This document shows, in pieces, positions 27,088-38,843 of a stretch of 64,000 nt of DNA. The translations under genes and the position numbers were made by a program. The notes beneath the pieces are model-generated. The model did not search any database. It saw only the letters and a list, made by a program, of their open reading frames with translations, and was not told the DNA's origin. Source of the DNA: Lama glama (Eukaryota); assembly GCA_028534125.1 (NCBI GenBank), contig CM052816.1, forward strand, positions 36,830,001 to 36,894,000, in the 5' to 3' direction. Position 1 is the first letter of the stretch. Every line of letters begins with the position of its first letter.

Positions 27088-29289
27088 TATTTCTGTAGCT
27101 ACCCAGTAAGAACTGGGAAATCAATACCTGGAAGGATTATGATGCAGGATGTGAATGATTAATCTTGAAAAAAATATTGGAATGGTTGAGAGGCAAATGC
27201 TTGTCTTTCTTTGTGCTCCTAAATTCTGGATAGTAAATACAAGAACCACTTCAGAAGGAGGCCAAGGATGATTGGTCTCAGTCCTACGGAGGAGGCTGGA
27301 ACTGTCAGAGATGCTACAAGCAGAGGTGTGTGCCTGTGGCAAATCACAGAAGGCAAATCTGGTTGCTGTTTCATGTTAATACTTTCCTTGTGCCTTCTTC
27401 TTTTGAACATTTCAGGAAAATCTTGAAGAAAGACCAATAGTAGCTTGGTTCTGGGAAACTTAATCAGAGATTTGGACAGACTACTAAGTGAAAAGTCTAA
27501 GTTTGAAACCCACCTACCAATAAAAGTTATTAGTGGACAAAAGGATTAATAAGACAGTTAAGTGATAGTACTATTCTAAGGATAGGATAAATGAATACTT
27601 TGTCGGGTTTTTTTTTTTTTGGTTCAGGAGAAAGATAAGAAAAGAAAATTATAATGAGAATGAATAGAAAAGAGAAGGATGATGGAAAGCAAACAAAGAT
27701 GACATCATTTCTGCAAACCATTAGCCCAAATGGTAGTAATGATCCTTAACAATTTTGAAGTTTATGTGCATGCTGGTATTCTATGTCTGTAGCTTATACT
27801 CTATTTTCATATACTTCATCTCATTCTATCTTCAGAGAACCTTCATGAAATAGGTTTGGTAGGAGTTACCTACTTATTTTTTTAATTAAAAAAATGGAAT
27901 CCTAAATTATTTCCCGTGATTTCCTTCCCAATCATAAAACACCTTACATTTTCTGACTAGCTAGAAAATAAAGTACTAGGAATTATACCTCTATATTAAG
28001 GATAACATAGCTAAAGCATTGTGAAGCTACTGTCTTCACATTTATTTGATCGAAAGACTGAGATATAACATCTGTGAAGTAAATATCTCAGAAGGAAGAT
28101 TATTTAGTTTAGCATAGCCTGCTAAATTGAATAATAATACAATTTTCATTTTTAAGTCTCTGGATAACAGCTATAGTATCTTGAAAAAGAAAATGGTGAT
28201 AAAATACTCAGTATTGACTTTAATAATACTAAATGGGATATGGGTTTGCAGCATCAGAGTACCTATACCCAGGTTTAGCAGTGAACTTCTTCTAGCCTCA
28301 AAACTGTCCTTTTGCTTGCTTGTTGCATCCATTCATTTTCATTTCGCTTTCTTATTACTGGGTAATAAATGATATGAATGTGAACATAAAATTGTCTTAG
28401 ACTGTAAAGTTGCACCAGATATTATGTGAACCTAGAAGAAATTTCATATACTACTAAGAGTATACTATTCCTTTTCTTTTTATAATGCCACAAATGATTT
28501 TGATGAAAATGAGTCATAGTACCCAAGAAGAACCAGATATTGAACTTTATAAAAGTACAAGCAGAGCTCACTGACAGGCAGTTCATCATGCTTCTACATT
28601 TAGGTATTAATTTCAATTTCAATCTTCCTGTAAAACAAAAAGGAAGAATTTTTTATTATGGAATAATGGTCTTGCTGAAGTGACATAAATTATAGTTGAA
28701 GACATTAAAGTTAAACACTAAAAGCTACTTCCCACTCCTTTACAGAGTATATTTCTTAACAGCAGAGTCTGGATTGTTTCTAAAGATAACCTAGATTTTT
28801 ACCAAACTAGACTCTCTAATTTCCATGTAGAATTGCTGTAACATTCTTAGACAAAGAATGTCAGCAATCATTGCTGTGTTATGTTGTCTCATTTGATGAG
28901 GTACCTCCATGGAGCACATCCTGGAAGACACTCTCACACTATGTCACAACCATCTATGAATCTGAAAGCTGCAGAAGCTCTACTTTGTCAGTCAAGGACA
29001 AAGTCAAATCATAGCCAAATTTATGAATTTGGCAAATGAAATTTTTGGTTTCTTCTGTCTTTTTTTTCCTCATCCCAATTATATTCACTAGATTTGATCT
29101 ATAGTTTATTCAGAATTCTTTTAACACCACTACATACTTCATTGAGTATAAGTAATATCCTCAAATTTATTTTCATTGTAAGAGTTACAATTCTAAATAT
29201 GGCAATGTGGTTTCTTCAGGGAGATTTTGGTAATGTTGAGGAAATGTGAAAAATAGACAATTACAAAATTATGTGATACTACCATAAAG

Positions 29290-29530
29290 TCCACACATAT
29301 AGGATGCTTTGATATAGGGGGCACCTAAGTAAGACTTGGGAGATGCGGAAGCCTTCCTAGAGTAAATAACATGGAAGTTGAAAATTGAAAGACGAGTTAG
29401 GGAATAGGGGTTGCCTGCAAGTAAGAACAGCAGAATTGGAGAATGCAGCATTGGCAAAGAGTTAAATTTAAGGGATAACATGGATGGTTTAGGCACTGCA
29501 AACAATTTCATTTTAGTAAGAACATAACTG
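29290..29530 (-). mobile_element. L2 fragment
   Basis: GAAGCCTTCCTAGAGTAAATAACATGGAAGTTGAAAATTGAAAGACGAG antisense L2 motif. Confidence 0.6.
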
Positions 29531-29819
29531 TAAATTCCAGCTTTAAATATATGAAAATAATACAAAAACATTAAAAATGAAATAGTGCTAAATAACTTAG
29601 AATGAAAAATAGTTCTTCCTCAGAATACAAGCCATCAGTTCTATGCCCCCCAAATAAAAATCATCAGCTGCTTATTTTACATCATTTCAGTCTATTTCAA
29701 AGCCTCTCCAGGCAAGCAGGTATGTGCAGACAGATGATACAAAAGTTTCTGTATTATTTTATATTAATACTTTTTGCAGGTTTATGTATCAATATATATA
29801 AATTTACCTCATTCTTTTA

Positions 29820-31140
29820 GACAAAATAATATTTCTATTAGAGACATTTATTAAATTGTTCAAAACATTGGTTTTTCTTGCTATAAAAAACTGCTGTAAT
29901 TGATGTTAGTAGATATATAAATTTTAATTTTGATAGATATTACCAGAATTTTTAAACTGTTTTTTCCAACTTAAAAAGTGTAAGAGTATGTGTTCTCATG
30001 CTACCCCAAAACTAATGATAAGTTGAACCCTATCAAATTGTAAATTTATACATTTAAAATGGTTGAAGATTGACTGTTTAACAAGATTCAACTTAATACT
30101 ATAACGTTTATCTTTGCCAAAATTCTAAGTGAATCACTTTTTGAATTTCTATAGTAAAAATAAAAATATTTCCAAGATTTTTTTGTCTTTTATATCCTTA
30201 GAATATTTTTCTGTTGTTTCCCTTTTTTGTTAGTTTGCTCATTTTTATCATATATAAATAATTTATGAAAATAATTGCTATCACAAATGTTGCATTTTTT
30301 CCTGAGATTTCTATTATTTTCTTTTCTTCACAGTGAATTTTATTATAGAAATTGTAAAAAAGTTTATAAGCAAAATGATTAATCTTGAGTTTTATTTGAG
30401 ATTTAGAAAAATCTTTTCTTCTCTAGAAAAATCTTTCCTTCTCTAAGGTCAAATATGTGTGTGTCTGTGTGTGTGAATCTATTATATTCCTCTAGTATAC
30501 TTTAGGTTTTTATTTCTTTAAATTTAAAATATTGATCAATTTGATCTTTTAAAAATAACAGATGAGAAAATGATACAATCTTATTGATTTAATAACTTAG
30601 AAAGCACCATTTCTAAATTTAATAAACAATTCATTTTTTCTATAATGATTTGAATTGCAGCACCATTTAATAAACAATTCATTTTTTTCTGCAATGATTT
30701 GAATTGCAAGTTGAAAATATACATATGCTACTATTTTATCCTCCCTGATTTTCTATTATGATCTGCTGATCTTTTTGTCTATCCCTTTGACTACACTAAA
30801 TAACTTCAGTTGGTGTATGTTTAATATTGACTTTAGAAAATTGTCCAGTAAAACTTTCCTACATGATTTCTTCTGGCAAATTTTAAATATCTATTTTTCT
30901 TCATAGAGCTAGGTTTTTATAATAAACACATTCTCATTTACAAATGAAATAATCTGTTATTTTGGGGGGGAACTAAATGCACAAGTGTTTGTCTATAGGA
31001 AGAATTTGACATCTTTATAATATTGATGCTTTAAATCTAAAAACAATCATGTCTTTCCATTTATGCAAATATCCACTTAGGTACCTCAGTAGAATGGTAA
31101 ATATTTTGTATAATTCCCTTGCATTTTAAAAAAAATATTA
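29820..31140 (-). mobile_element. Ancient L1 ORF2 relic
   Basis: GCACCATTTAATAAACAATTCATTTTT and GAAGAATTTGACATCTTTATAATATTGA...TCTTTCCATTTAT are decayed antisense ORF2 motifs. Confidence 0.6.
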
Positions 31141-31785
31141 TCAGATTTTACATGCATTAGGTTAAAAAACAGAAATCAGCAACAACAACAAACTGTAACT
31201 TTAGAACAGCAGTGGTCTCCCGCCACACAAACTCACCACAAGTTGCAGGCTCCAAAGGCAAACACTTAAAAGTATTTATAAGCATTTCTTCTATCAGTCT
31301 TCTGGTTGTTATCTTCATAATATGTCTGGCGTTCCTCAATTAATCTAATGTTTAATATTCTTGCAGATACCCAAAATGGTGAATTATATTAAGTAAAATA
31401 CATTATCTAATCTCCTTTACCACTTATGTTATTATCTTTATGTCACTTCTTAGTAACCCTATAACTTTTAATAATAGGAATCAAACTTTATTTCTTTGTC
31501 TCTTAAAGAAAAAATTAATGCCCCTGTGCTTCTTTTCTTCTTCACTGCCTCCTCATCTCTGTTAACTATAAAATAACATTTTATATCAGATTTATAGCAT
31601 GTTGATTCTGTTTCACAATCACTGTTGAAACTCTGGTATTTTGTTTATTGATTCAAAAAATTAAAAACAAACCAATAGAAAGTATTTATAATATTGTAAT
31701 TTGAAGAAGCTAAATTTATCTAAAGTTGAAAGAGAGAAAATCAGCTCATATTGAAAAGAGAAAAAAACAGCTCTTTCCATAATTA

Positions 31786-32256
31786 CGATGGGGAGACAGA
31801 GAGAGATAAAGTTAGCTAGCTGCAAAAAAACCAGAAAACAACGTTTCTCCTAAATTCATGAAGCACTTAAAAAATGACTTAGTAACGTCTTACTCAGTGA
31901 CTACTGCTTTCTTACCAAAAATGCCCCAGGCATATTTTTATTTATTACTATAGATACTCAATTGCTATATTGCCCTTAATTCATGACAGCACTCAATTAG
32001 TTAATTCCCACTTCTCCTAAGCCCAGTTCAGGAAGAGCATCAATTTAGAATAGATCCTCCTTCTTTTAGTCCCTCTTCAAAACTTTCAGCTGAAACTCAA
32101 CTTTGCAAAACTTGTTTCCTTCCTCTACTTGCTGAGGGTCCCCCTCCTTCCTCTTCTTGAGTGAAATTCTGTAGTTCCTCCTTGGGAGTTAATGAATTTG
32201 ATCTTGTCTGACTACTGGCTGATTCTTGGTAGTCTTTGGCTGAGCAGGCATGAACA
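31786..32256 (+). mobile_element. 5' LTR of an ERV1 (MER4-group-like) provirus
   Basis: Ends ...TGAACA just before a primer-binding site; decayed polyA signal (TTAATGAA ~32190); U5 pattern resembles MER31/MER67-group LTRs. Confidence 0.7.
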
Positions 32257-32259
32257 ATT

Positions 32260-32277
32260 TGGAGATTACACCAAGAT
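32260..32277 (+). promoter_or_regulatory. Retroviral primer-binding site, tRNA-Gln
   Basis: TGGAGATTACACCAAGAT versus the tRNA-Gln 3' complement TGGAGGTTCCACCGAGAT: 15/18 match, 3 nt after the LTR end. Confidence 0.7.
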
Positions 32278-32821
32278 TTGTCTTTGTCTGAGACTTATTT
32301 TTGTGGACCAGGGCTTTTAGCTAGGTAAAAATGTGTATATCTAAGACCTTTTGTGCCCTGCGATGTGGTTAAGTTTGACTTGGAACGTGGGCTTTGATGT
32401 GTTTGTTGAACCTTTCAGTGTCACATTTGTTTCCTAAGGTATGCATTTGATCACACTTTGGTGTTCTCTTGTGAATCATGGCTTCTAAGTCCTGACTGAG
32501 TGCATTTCACTTCATTTTATATGTCTTATTGTTGCCCGTTAGAAGGAACCTATAGAAAGGGGCCAGCCTATCAAAATAAACCTGCATTTAACTGGCTTTG
32601 GGAGCTGAGGAGTTCACGGAGTGTCTTTAGGCACTCTTTGGAAAAGTTTGCTTTGGGTCACCTTTTTAAAACCGTATAAGGGCTCCCTCTCTACTGCTTT
32701 TGTATCCCTGAAACCTCTTTGTTTATCTCAGTGTTCTGTCAGAACTTTGTTTAGCTCAGCGTTTAGTCAGAACTTTGCTGATGGCATTCTTAGAATGATT
32801 CTTACCAACTGAACATCTTTC

Positions 32822-33300
32822 ATGGGGTCCTGTTAATCTCAACCAGCCCCTTCACTGGATTGGAAGCCCATCTTTTTCATGTATACATACTACCATGTTA
32901 ATTTATTTGCTTATCTCTCTAAATGGAACAACCTAACCAGGACAATTTGTAATTACTCAGGCCCCAGAAAGAAGCAAAAAAAATATTCTTTTGTACAGCC
33001 TTTTTGATGGAGCATGGTCCTACTGATACCTTGATATTGGAATTCTAGCCTCCAGAACTCTGAAAGTTTTGGTTTTTTTAAGCCACACAGGTGTGTGGTA
33101 ATGGTAATGGTTATGGAAGCCCTAGGAAACTAATACAAAAGGCAAATGAAAAATGAGAAAAATTTGAGACTGCTTCTTTTCAGGATCCTTCAATTCTACT
33201 CCCCTTGTCTTTATTCAACTCTTATCTTTCCTGACCCTTCAGCTCCTCCCTATCCTTCTCCCAAAATCCCAGGGCCAGACCAGTCCCCACAGACCCTTTG
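32822..33300 (+). pseudogene. ERV gag relic (matrix start and late-domain region), interrupted by an MLT1 fragment
   Basis: ATG at 32822 reads MGSC*SQP...FMYTYY...YLSKWNNLT. LYSTL (33209-33223) and PSAPPY (33236-33253) lie in ORF 33146-33439. Confidence 0.6.
32955..33137 (+). mobile_element. MLT1B/C-type LTR 3' half
   Basis: TTCTAGCCTCCAGAACT...TTTAAGCCAC...GCCCTAGGAAACTAATACA terminus. Confidence 0.85.
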
Positions 33301-33989
33301 TCTTTTTTCCCTTCAACTACATCCTGAAAACCCAGGCAACCACAATTTATTTAATATTTGCCTAAAGCCAAAACATCTCTCACCAGTTTCTCCTGTTCCT
33401 CTATTTTTCTCCCCCTCACTTGAGAAATATAAAAGGTAAATTGATCTGAAAAAAGCAATCACTTTGTCATTATGTGAACACTGTAGGAATATCTAGTTCA
33501 GATAAACAGTTAAAATGTGTAAGAAAAAGTTAATTAACTGTGATTCTTTAGCTTTAAGAAATGTGAACAGGTAAATTTAAAGACTAGCTTTTGTTACTAT
33601 AGTTACAAGATAAGAAGAAAAGGCTTTGGTTCAAGCTAGAAGAGGAGCTTTAAAGATTTAAAAATTTTTAAAAATTTGGTTCATGAATATCAGATTTATA
33701 TTTTGTATTTTTTGAAGTTAATATAATATTTCTGATAGATAAAATTCTGGACTAAATGAAATGAGTTAGTAATCATATTTTAAAGATAACTATACCTATT
33801 CTATCCTTTTATTATCTGAAATAACAGTCTTGTTTAAGACTAAATTTAAACTTCTCATGATTCAGAGTTTCTAAATATGTTTTCAGGCTTGCTAAAAACA
33901 GTTTATAATTGTAATTATATATAATTATGAGCTAAAAAATAATAACTAAATGATATTGCAATGATGGATGTCTGTTTAAAGAGTTTTTT

Positions 33990-34405
33990 AATAAAAGCTT
34001 TGTTAAGGTATAATCGTAGACAATGAGCTGCATATATTTAAAGCATGCAATTTGATATATTTGTACATATGTATACACCCATGAAGCACTATCAAGGTAA
34101 AAAACATATCCATCATCTCCAAAATTTTCTTATTCCCTATTGTAAACCCTCTCTCCAATTTCTTCTTATCTACCCCTCCAGAAAAGACCGATTTACTGTT
34201 TACAGTTTTGTTTGTATTGTGTAGAATTTTATAAAAATGGAATTATGCAATACATACTTTGTTTTGTCTGGATTTTATTATTCAGTATAATCATGCTGAG
34301 ATTTTATCCATGTTATAATGTATATCTATAGTTTACTCCTTTCCATGACCAAAATATACCCTTCCATGGATATTCCTGGATACTCCACAGTTTGTTTATG
34401 CATTG
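33990..34405 (-). mobile_element. L1MB-like 3' end inserted in the ERV internal region
   Basis: GCTTTGTTAAGGTATAAT...AAAATGGAATTATGCAATAC...GAGATTTTATCCATGTT. Confidence 0.8.
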
Positions 34406-34661
34406 GCTTTAATAACAATGAAGCCAACTCTCTCAGGGGTTCATGGTAGCTTTTCCCTTATAATGATAATTGTATGTTAGATGTGCCTAGGAAAATCTCC
34501 TCTAATCCTAGACTGTGCCTTATTACAAACTGACATTGTTAAATATCCCAGAGGATTCATACAACAGACAGTCTAATCATCAGAAGCTATGAGCAGCCTT
34601 TTTTCAACATCCTCTTAAACAATTCTTGCCTAACCTAAAATCTGAAGACATAATTTTCTGT

Positions 34662-34791
34662 AAGCAACACCAGAAAAAGACTGTTCTTGAATCTTGATGT
34701 AAAAGGACTTCATCATGTACCATTAACAACCAGAACATCAGTGAGTGTTCTAGAGTTTCATCCTTGGATTCATGTCCTTCAATTAAAGCAA
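34662..34791 (+). pseudogene. ERV integrase C-terminal (GPY/F) domain relic
   Basis: With one frameshift it reads KQHQKKTVLES*CK/GLHHVPLTTRTSVSVLEFHPWIHVLQLKQ, similar to gammaretroviral [21 protein letters not shown]...PWIH.S.LK. Confidence 0.75.
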
Positions 34792-35089
34792 CATAAAACA
34801 TACTGAAATCACTGTACCCTAAAACCCTCCTTATTAGATAGAGACCACAAGTTGTGGGTTCTTATATATACTGCCCCACCTCACACCTCCCCCTAGCCAG
34901 ACAAGCTTTGGAAAGAGCTAACCCCATCCAAGAAGGTTGAATCAAGTATATGACTGCATGGGATGCTGGGAGTTTCCACTCAAGATCCACAGCACATAAC
35001 CACAGATTGTCGTGTTTCAATCTTCATTATTTTGTTCTTTAGTTTCATAGCTATAATTTTCTTCTTTTGCTGATTTAAGGCTACTTTTA

Positions 35090-35790
35090 AGTATGCTACT
35101 CATAGGACCTCAATACTTAACACTGGTTTTTTACATCACTGGTCATTTCTTGGTATGAGGCAAACATCTGCCTACAATTTGGTCATGACTTGGCTAAAAC
35201 ATAACAATTAGGCTGACGAATGCTCTTCCTTTGGGTGCGACAGAATTTCCTTGGTACCAATTTCTTATAACAGATCAGTTGGCTTCCTAAGTATTTGTAC
35301 TCAGTCATTAGAACAGCTTTCAGAAGATAAACATTGCAATAATCCAGACAACCAGAAATCTAACCACACGCTATCATGTCATGTTCTCTTCAGTACGACA
35401 CTCAGGGGCCTGTTGTAGCATTTAGCTTTTATAGCAGGCCTTCACAGACATAGAATTTGGGGGAGGTCCTGGGGAATGAATGGCGTATATTTGAAGGCTG
35501 TCTTACTTTTACAGACTTTACAGGCTCAGGCCTAAATTTATTTACTTTAGATCTACCTGATGGTCTGTATGCAAAAAACATCATCACTTGATGCCAAACC
35601 ACACTTGCTAAATGGCATCAAAGCATTTTAATTTTATTTGGCAAGCCCCTAGGTTATTTTGGTCAAAGATAACGTCATTAGGGGGCCCCTAATGACTAGT
35701 ACTGGATTTCTAGCGTAAAAGACTTAGTTATTACTGACATTTTGGAAAAGGTCTGTTATCTTGGCAAACTAAAGCCTGCCTTAAGGAGGA
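35090..35790 (+). pseudogene. ERV env (SU) relic
   Basis: APND*YWI (35685-35708) and WK../CYLGKLKPALR (35743-35786) resemble the SU C-terminal APNG.YW.C...W.G.C.L..L.P motifs, correctly placed after the integrase relic. Confidence 0.5.
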
Positions 35791-35829
35791 TCCCTGACAT
35801 AACCTAGGTCTGTTTTGCCTCTTCCCTTG

Positions 35830-36070
35830 TGCCCTTTTATATTTCTGCCCTCCTCTCACCCTCCATCCCTTGTAACGACTGATCTGTCTCTTCTCCCTAT
35901 ACATTTACTTTTTCCAGAATTGTGTGTAATGAAACCATACAATATGTTGACTTTTTGAGAGTGGCTCCTTTCACTTAACATAATGCATCTGAGATTCGTC
36001 TATACTGTTGTTCATATTTGTATTCTGTACCTTTTTATTGCTGAGTACTTCATTTTATGAATGTAACTTG
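35830..36070 (-). mobile_element. L1M 3' fragment
   Basis: TGGCTCCTTTCACTTAACATAATGCATCTGAGATTC...TTTTTATTGCTGAGTA. Confidence 0.8.
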
Positions 36071-36514
36071 ATAGGTCCTTTACTTTGAAAACTCTAGTCT
36101 GACTTTATCACTGTGACATTTTCTTCCAATTTTACTTTCATTATTTCCTTCCTCTTTTTTCTTCCTGATCTCTTTCTAGTGCTCTTATCTTTCTTTACGA
36201 TATACGTGGATGCAGGATTTTTAGACGTCCCCCTGAAATAAATATTTCTTGTGTACGAGGTCCAAGAGTAAGAGTACAAAAGAGGACCCAATATAGAAAG
36301 TTATTACCAGATTGGAACTCCCAGTTTCAATCAGGAAGTTTATTTAAGTCCGTTAGGAAAGAGCTCTCTGTTGTATGCCTGAGTATAGGTACTAGGCTGC
36401 CAAGTACTATATGCACAGATCCAAAGGGAGAAAAAGTGGTAGCTGGGGTAGCTTTTCCATAGTTAGTCCTCCAAGTTAACATTCTTTTTCTTTCATCGCC
36501 AGCTAATCCTACTC

Positions 36515-36516
<2 letters not shown>

Positions 36517-36575
<59 letters not shown>
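36517..36575. repeat. Compound (TG)n(TA)n microsatellite
   Basis: Directly visible. Confidence 0.97.
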
Positions 36576-37994
36576 GACTAGCAATTTCTCTGCAGGTCTT
36601 TATTAGGAAACCTATTCTTTTTCTGCTCCAGCATTCTCCTTTTCGTGCTCCAGAAAATAGCTTCTTTGGTTTTAGTTTATATATCTAAAAGTTTCCATTT
36701 ACTTCCTGTCTTCTAGAAATTTTAAAAAAATGCCTTGTGTATGGGGTCTCTGACATCCTATTCTCAATGATGTAGATGTTTTTCCCTTTTCAGCTTTTTC
36801 AGTGTCATTCTTTAAAAGCCTAAATATTAATAAAATCAGATTATTGATGAAAAAAGCATGCATATTATCATAGTGTAATGTTTATTTTTTATTCAACTGC
36901 AATTTTGTCATAAAAATTTGTAGCTTAAATACTCTCTGTATAAACCATATGGCTACCACACAGTTACTAATTAACTAACTATATATATACAAACTATTTT
37001 CTCTATATACATTTATGTATAAACTATGTACATATTAAACTATACATATATAAACTATTTCACTTTTTATTTTAATTGGTTTGATTATTTAGTTTAACTT
37101 GTAAATTACATAACAGAAACAGTTACTTCCTAGCATATTCCCTTCCATAGGGTCCTTAAAAATAAATTTTATTTGCTACAGTACTTTGATTCAGCAAAAT
37201 CTATATTGCATTATCACTGAAAAAAAGCCGAATAATTTTATCTTCTATGTTTAACTTTTAACTAAATTGAGATCAGCATTTACAAGGGTATCAAATGTTT
37301 CACCTTTAAACAGAATGAACTTCTAAAAGTTTGACCTAGATTCCATAAGTCTGATGAACAAAATCAAACTATCTTGAAATCGACTGCTTTTCTATTTGCA
37401 GTGTCTGACAGTGATGAAAAACTGGTATCATTTAATTGTTTGTGAAGTTCCTCTGCCTCTAGTGTAATCAATGTATTAACACCTAGTGCTTCACTTTTCA
37501 TTCTTGAATGAGAAAATGTGGAATCAAAACTAAATGCAAATAAAGTTAGAAGAATAATCTAACTGAACAATTATGCTTTACAAAAGGATATATAAAAACA
37601 CTCTGCAGATTTACGTGTAAAATATTCACTTCAAACATATAGTTCAAAAACTAACTGTAACTTTTTGAAGCAGATGTTAATGTGTCTCCAAAGGATCTCT
37701 GTCTTCCAGTTGTGATATTCAGTGATATTGCTGTGACATCCATAAGGGATAGTAAATATTGACCAATATTTTACACAACTTATACTTCATTTTCAACTTT
37801 CTTGAGAAGTGGAAATACGTTAACTATTCATTAACATGTACTTACTCCATCACCCCCCTTTTATAACTCATTGCTGTTGAAAGAAATTATTACAAAATAA
37901 AATACAGTTGTGAGATAGTAAAATAAATAGATAATTGTACAATTATCACATGCAATAAATGACAAAACCATCATGGCAAGAATATTTAGATGGT

Positions 37995-38360
37995 TTATAA
38001 CAGCATTATTGAGGTATATTTTACGTATCATAAAGTATAGTCATTTTTAAATGTTTAAATTAATTTTAGTAAATTTTACAGAGTTGTGTAATGATCATCA
38101 CAATCTAATTTTAGAACATTTCCATCCTTTCAAAACCAAACTTCATGCCCAATTGCAGTGAATCTCTGTTCTCACCCTTAGGCATGGAAAACCGTGAATC
38201 TACTCCTTTCTAAAATTTGACTTTTCTGAAGACTTCACTTAGTAAATGGAATCATACAATATGTGATCTGTAATATCTGGCTTCTTTTGTTGACACTGTT
38301 TTAATGTTTACCCAATGTTTACCCATGGTGTAGCATGTGTCGATACACTGTTTCTTCTTA
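37995..38360 (-). mobile_element. L1MB-like 3' end
   Basis: ACAGCATTATTGAGGTATA...CACAATCTAATTTTAGAACATTTCCATC...AAATGGAATCATACAATATGTG. Confidence 0.85.
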
Positions 38361-38719
38361 AAATTTCCTTGACAGGAATTTTTAGACTCTGTGTTCCCAC
38401 ACATATTTCACACCTAATATAAGACTCCCACAACTGCCCTTGAGTTCTCTAACAAGTGACTTGTCTAGCTGCTTCACATACCTCTCAACATGCCAAAGCA
38501 CAGCTGGCACTTATACCAGTGACTGGTAGGCAGCAGTGTCAAATCCTTCCTCCAGCACCACCTGGGCCTGGAAGGTGTTGGCTGTCAGGAACATGAGATG
38601 GATTATCCCAGGTCTTCTTTCAGATTTCACTGCGTGTTAAAGAGAGAACTGTTCAGTGTGCATGTGGTCACTAGGCCACAGCAAATGTTAAGAGTGTAAG
38701 ACAAGGGCTTCCAATCTAT

Positions 38720-38843
38720 TCCACTCTATTTTGATGCCGACTATTTTTAATACACATTGTTTTAAATGTAATAATCTGGATTCTGTGACAAGAGGCATAA
38801 ACTGAGACTGTCCAGCACCACCCATCATATATGGATCACCCTA
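38720..38843. mobile_element. hAT-Blackjack (MER94-like) end
   Basis: AAACTGAGACTGTCC...TATGGATCACCCTA resembles the ...TGGTCACCCTA terminal repeat. Confidence 0.4.

Noticed and set aside
30604..30708. Direct repeats as a CRISPR-like array
   Set aside because: Only two adjacent copies with no spacers, inside a mammalian L1.
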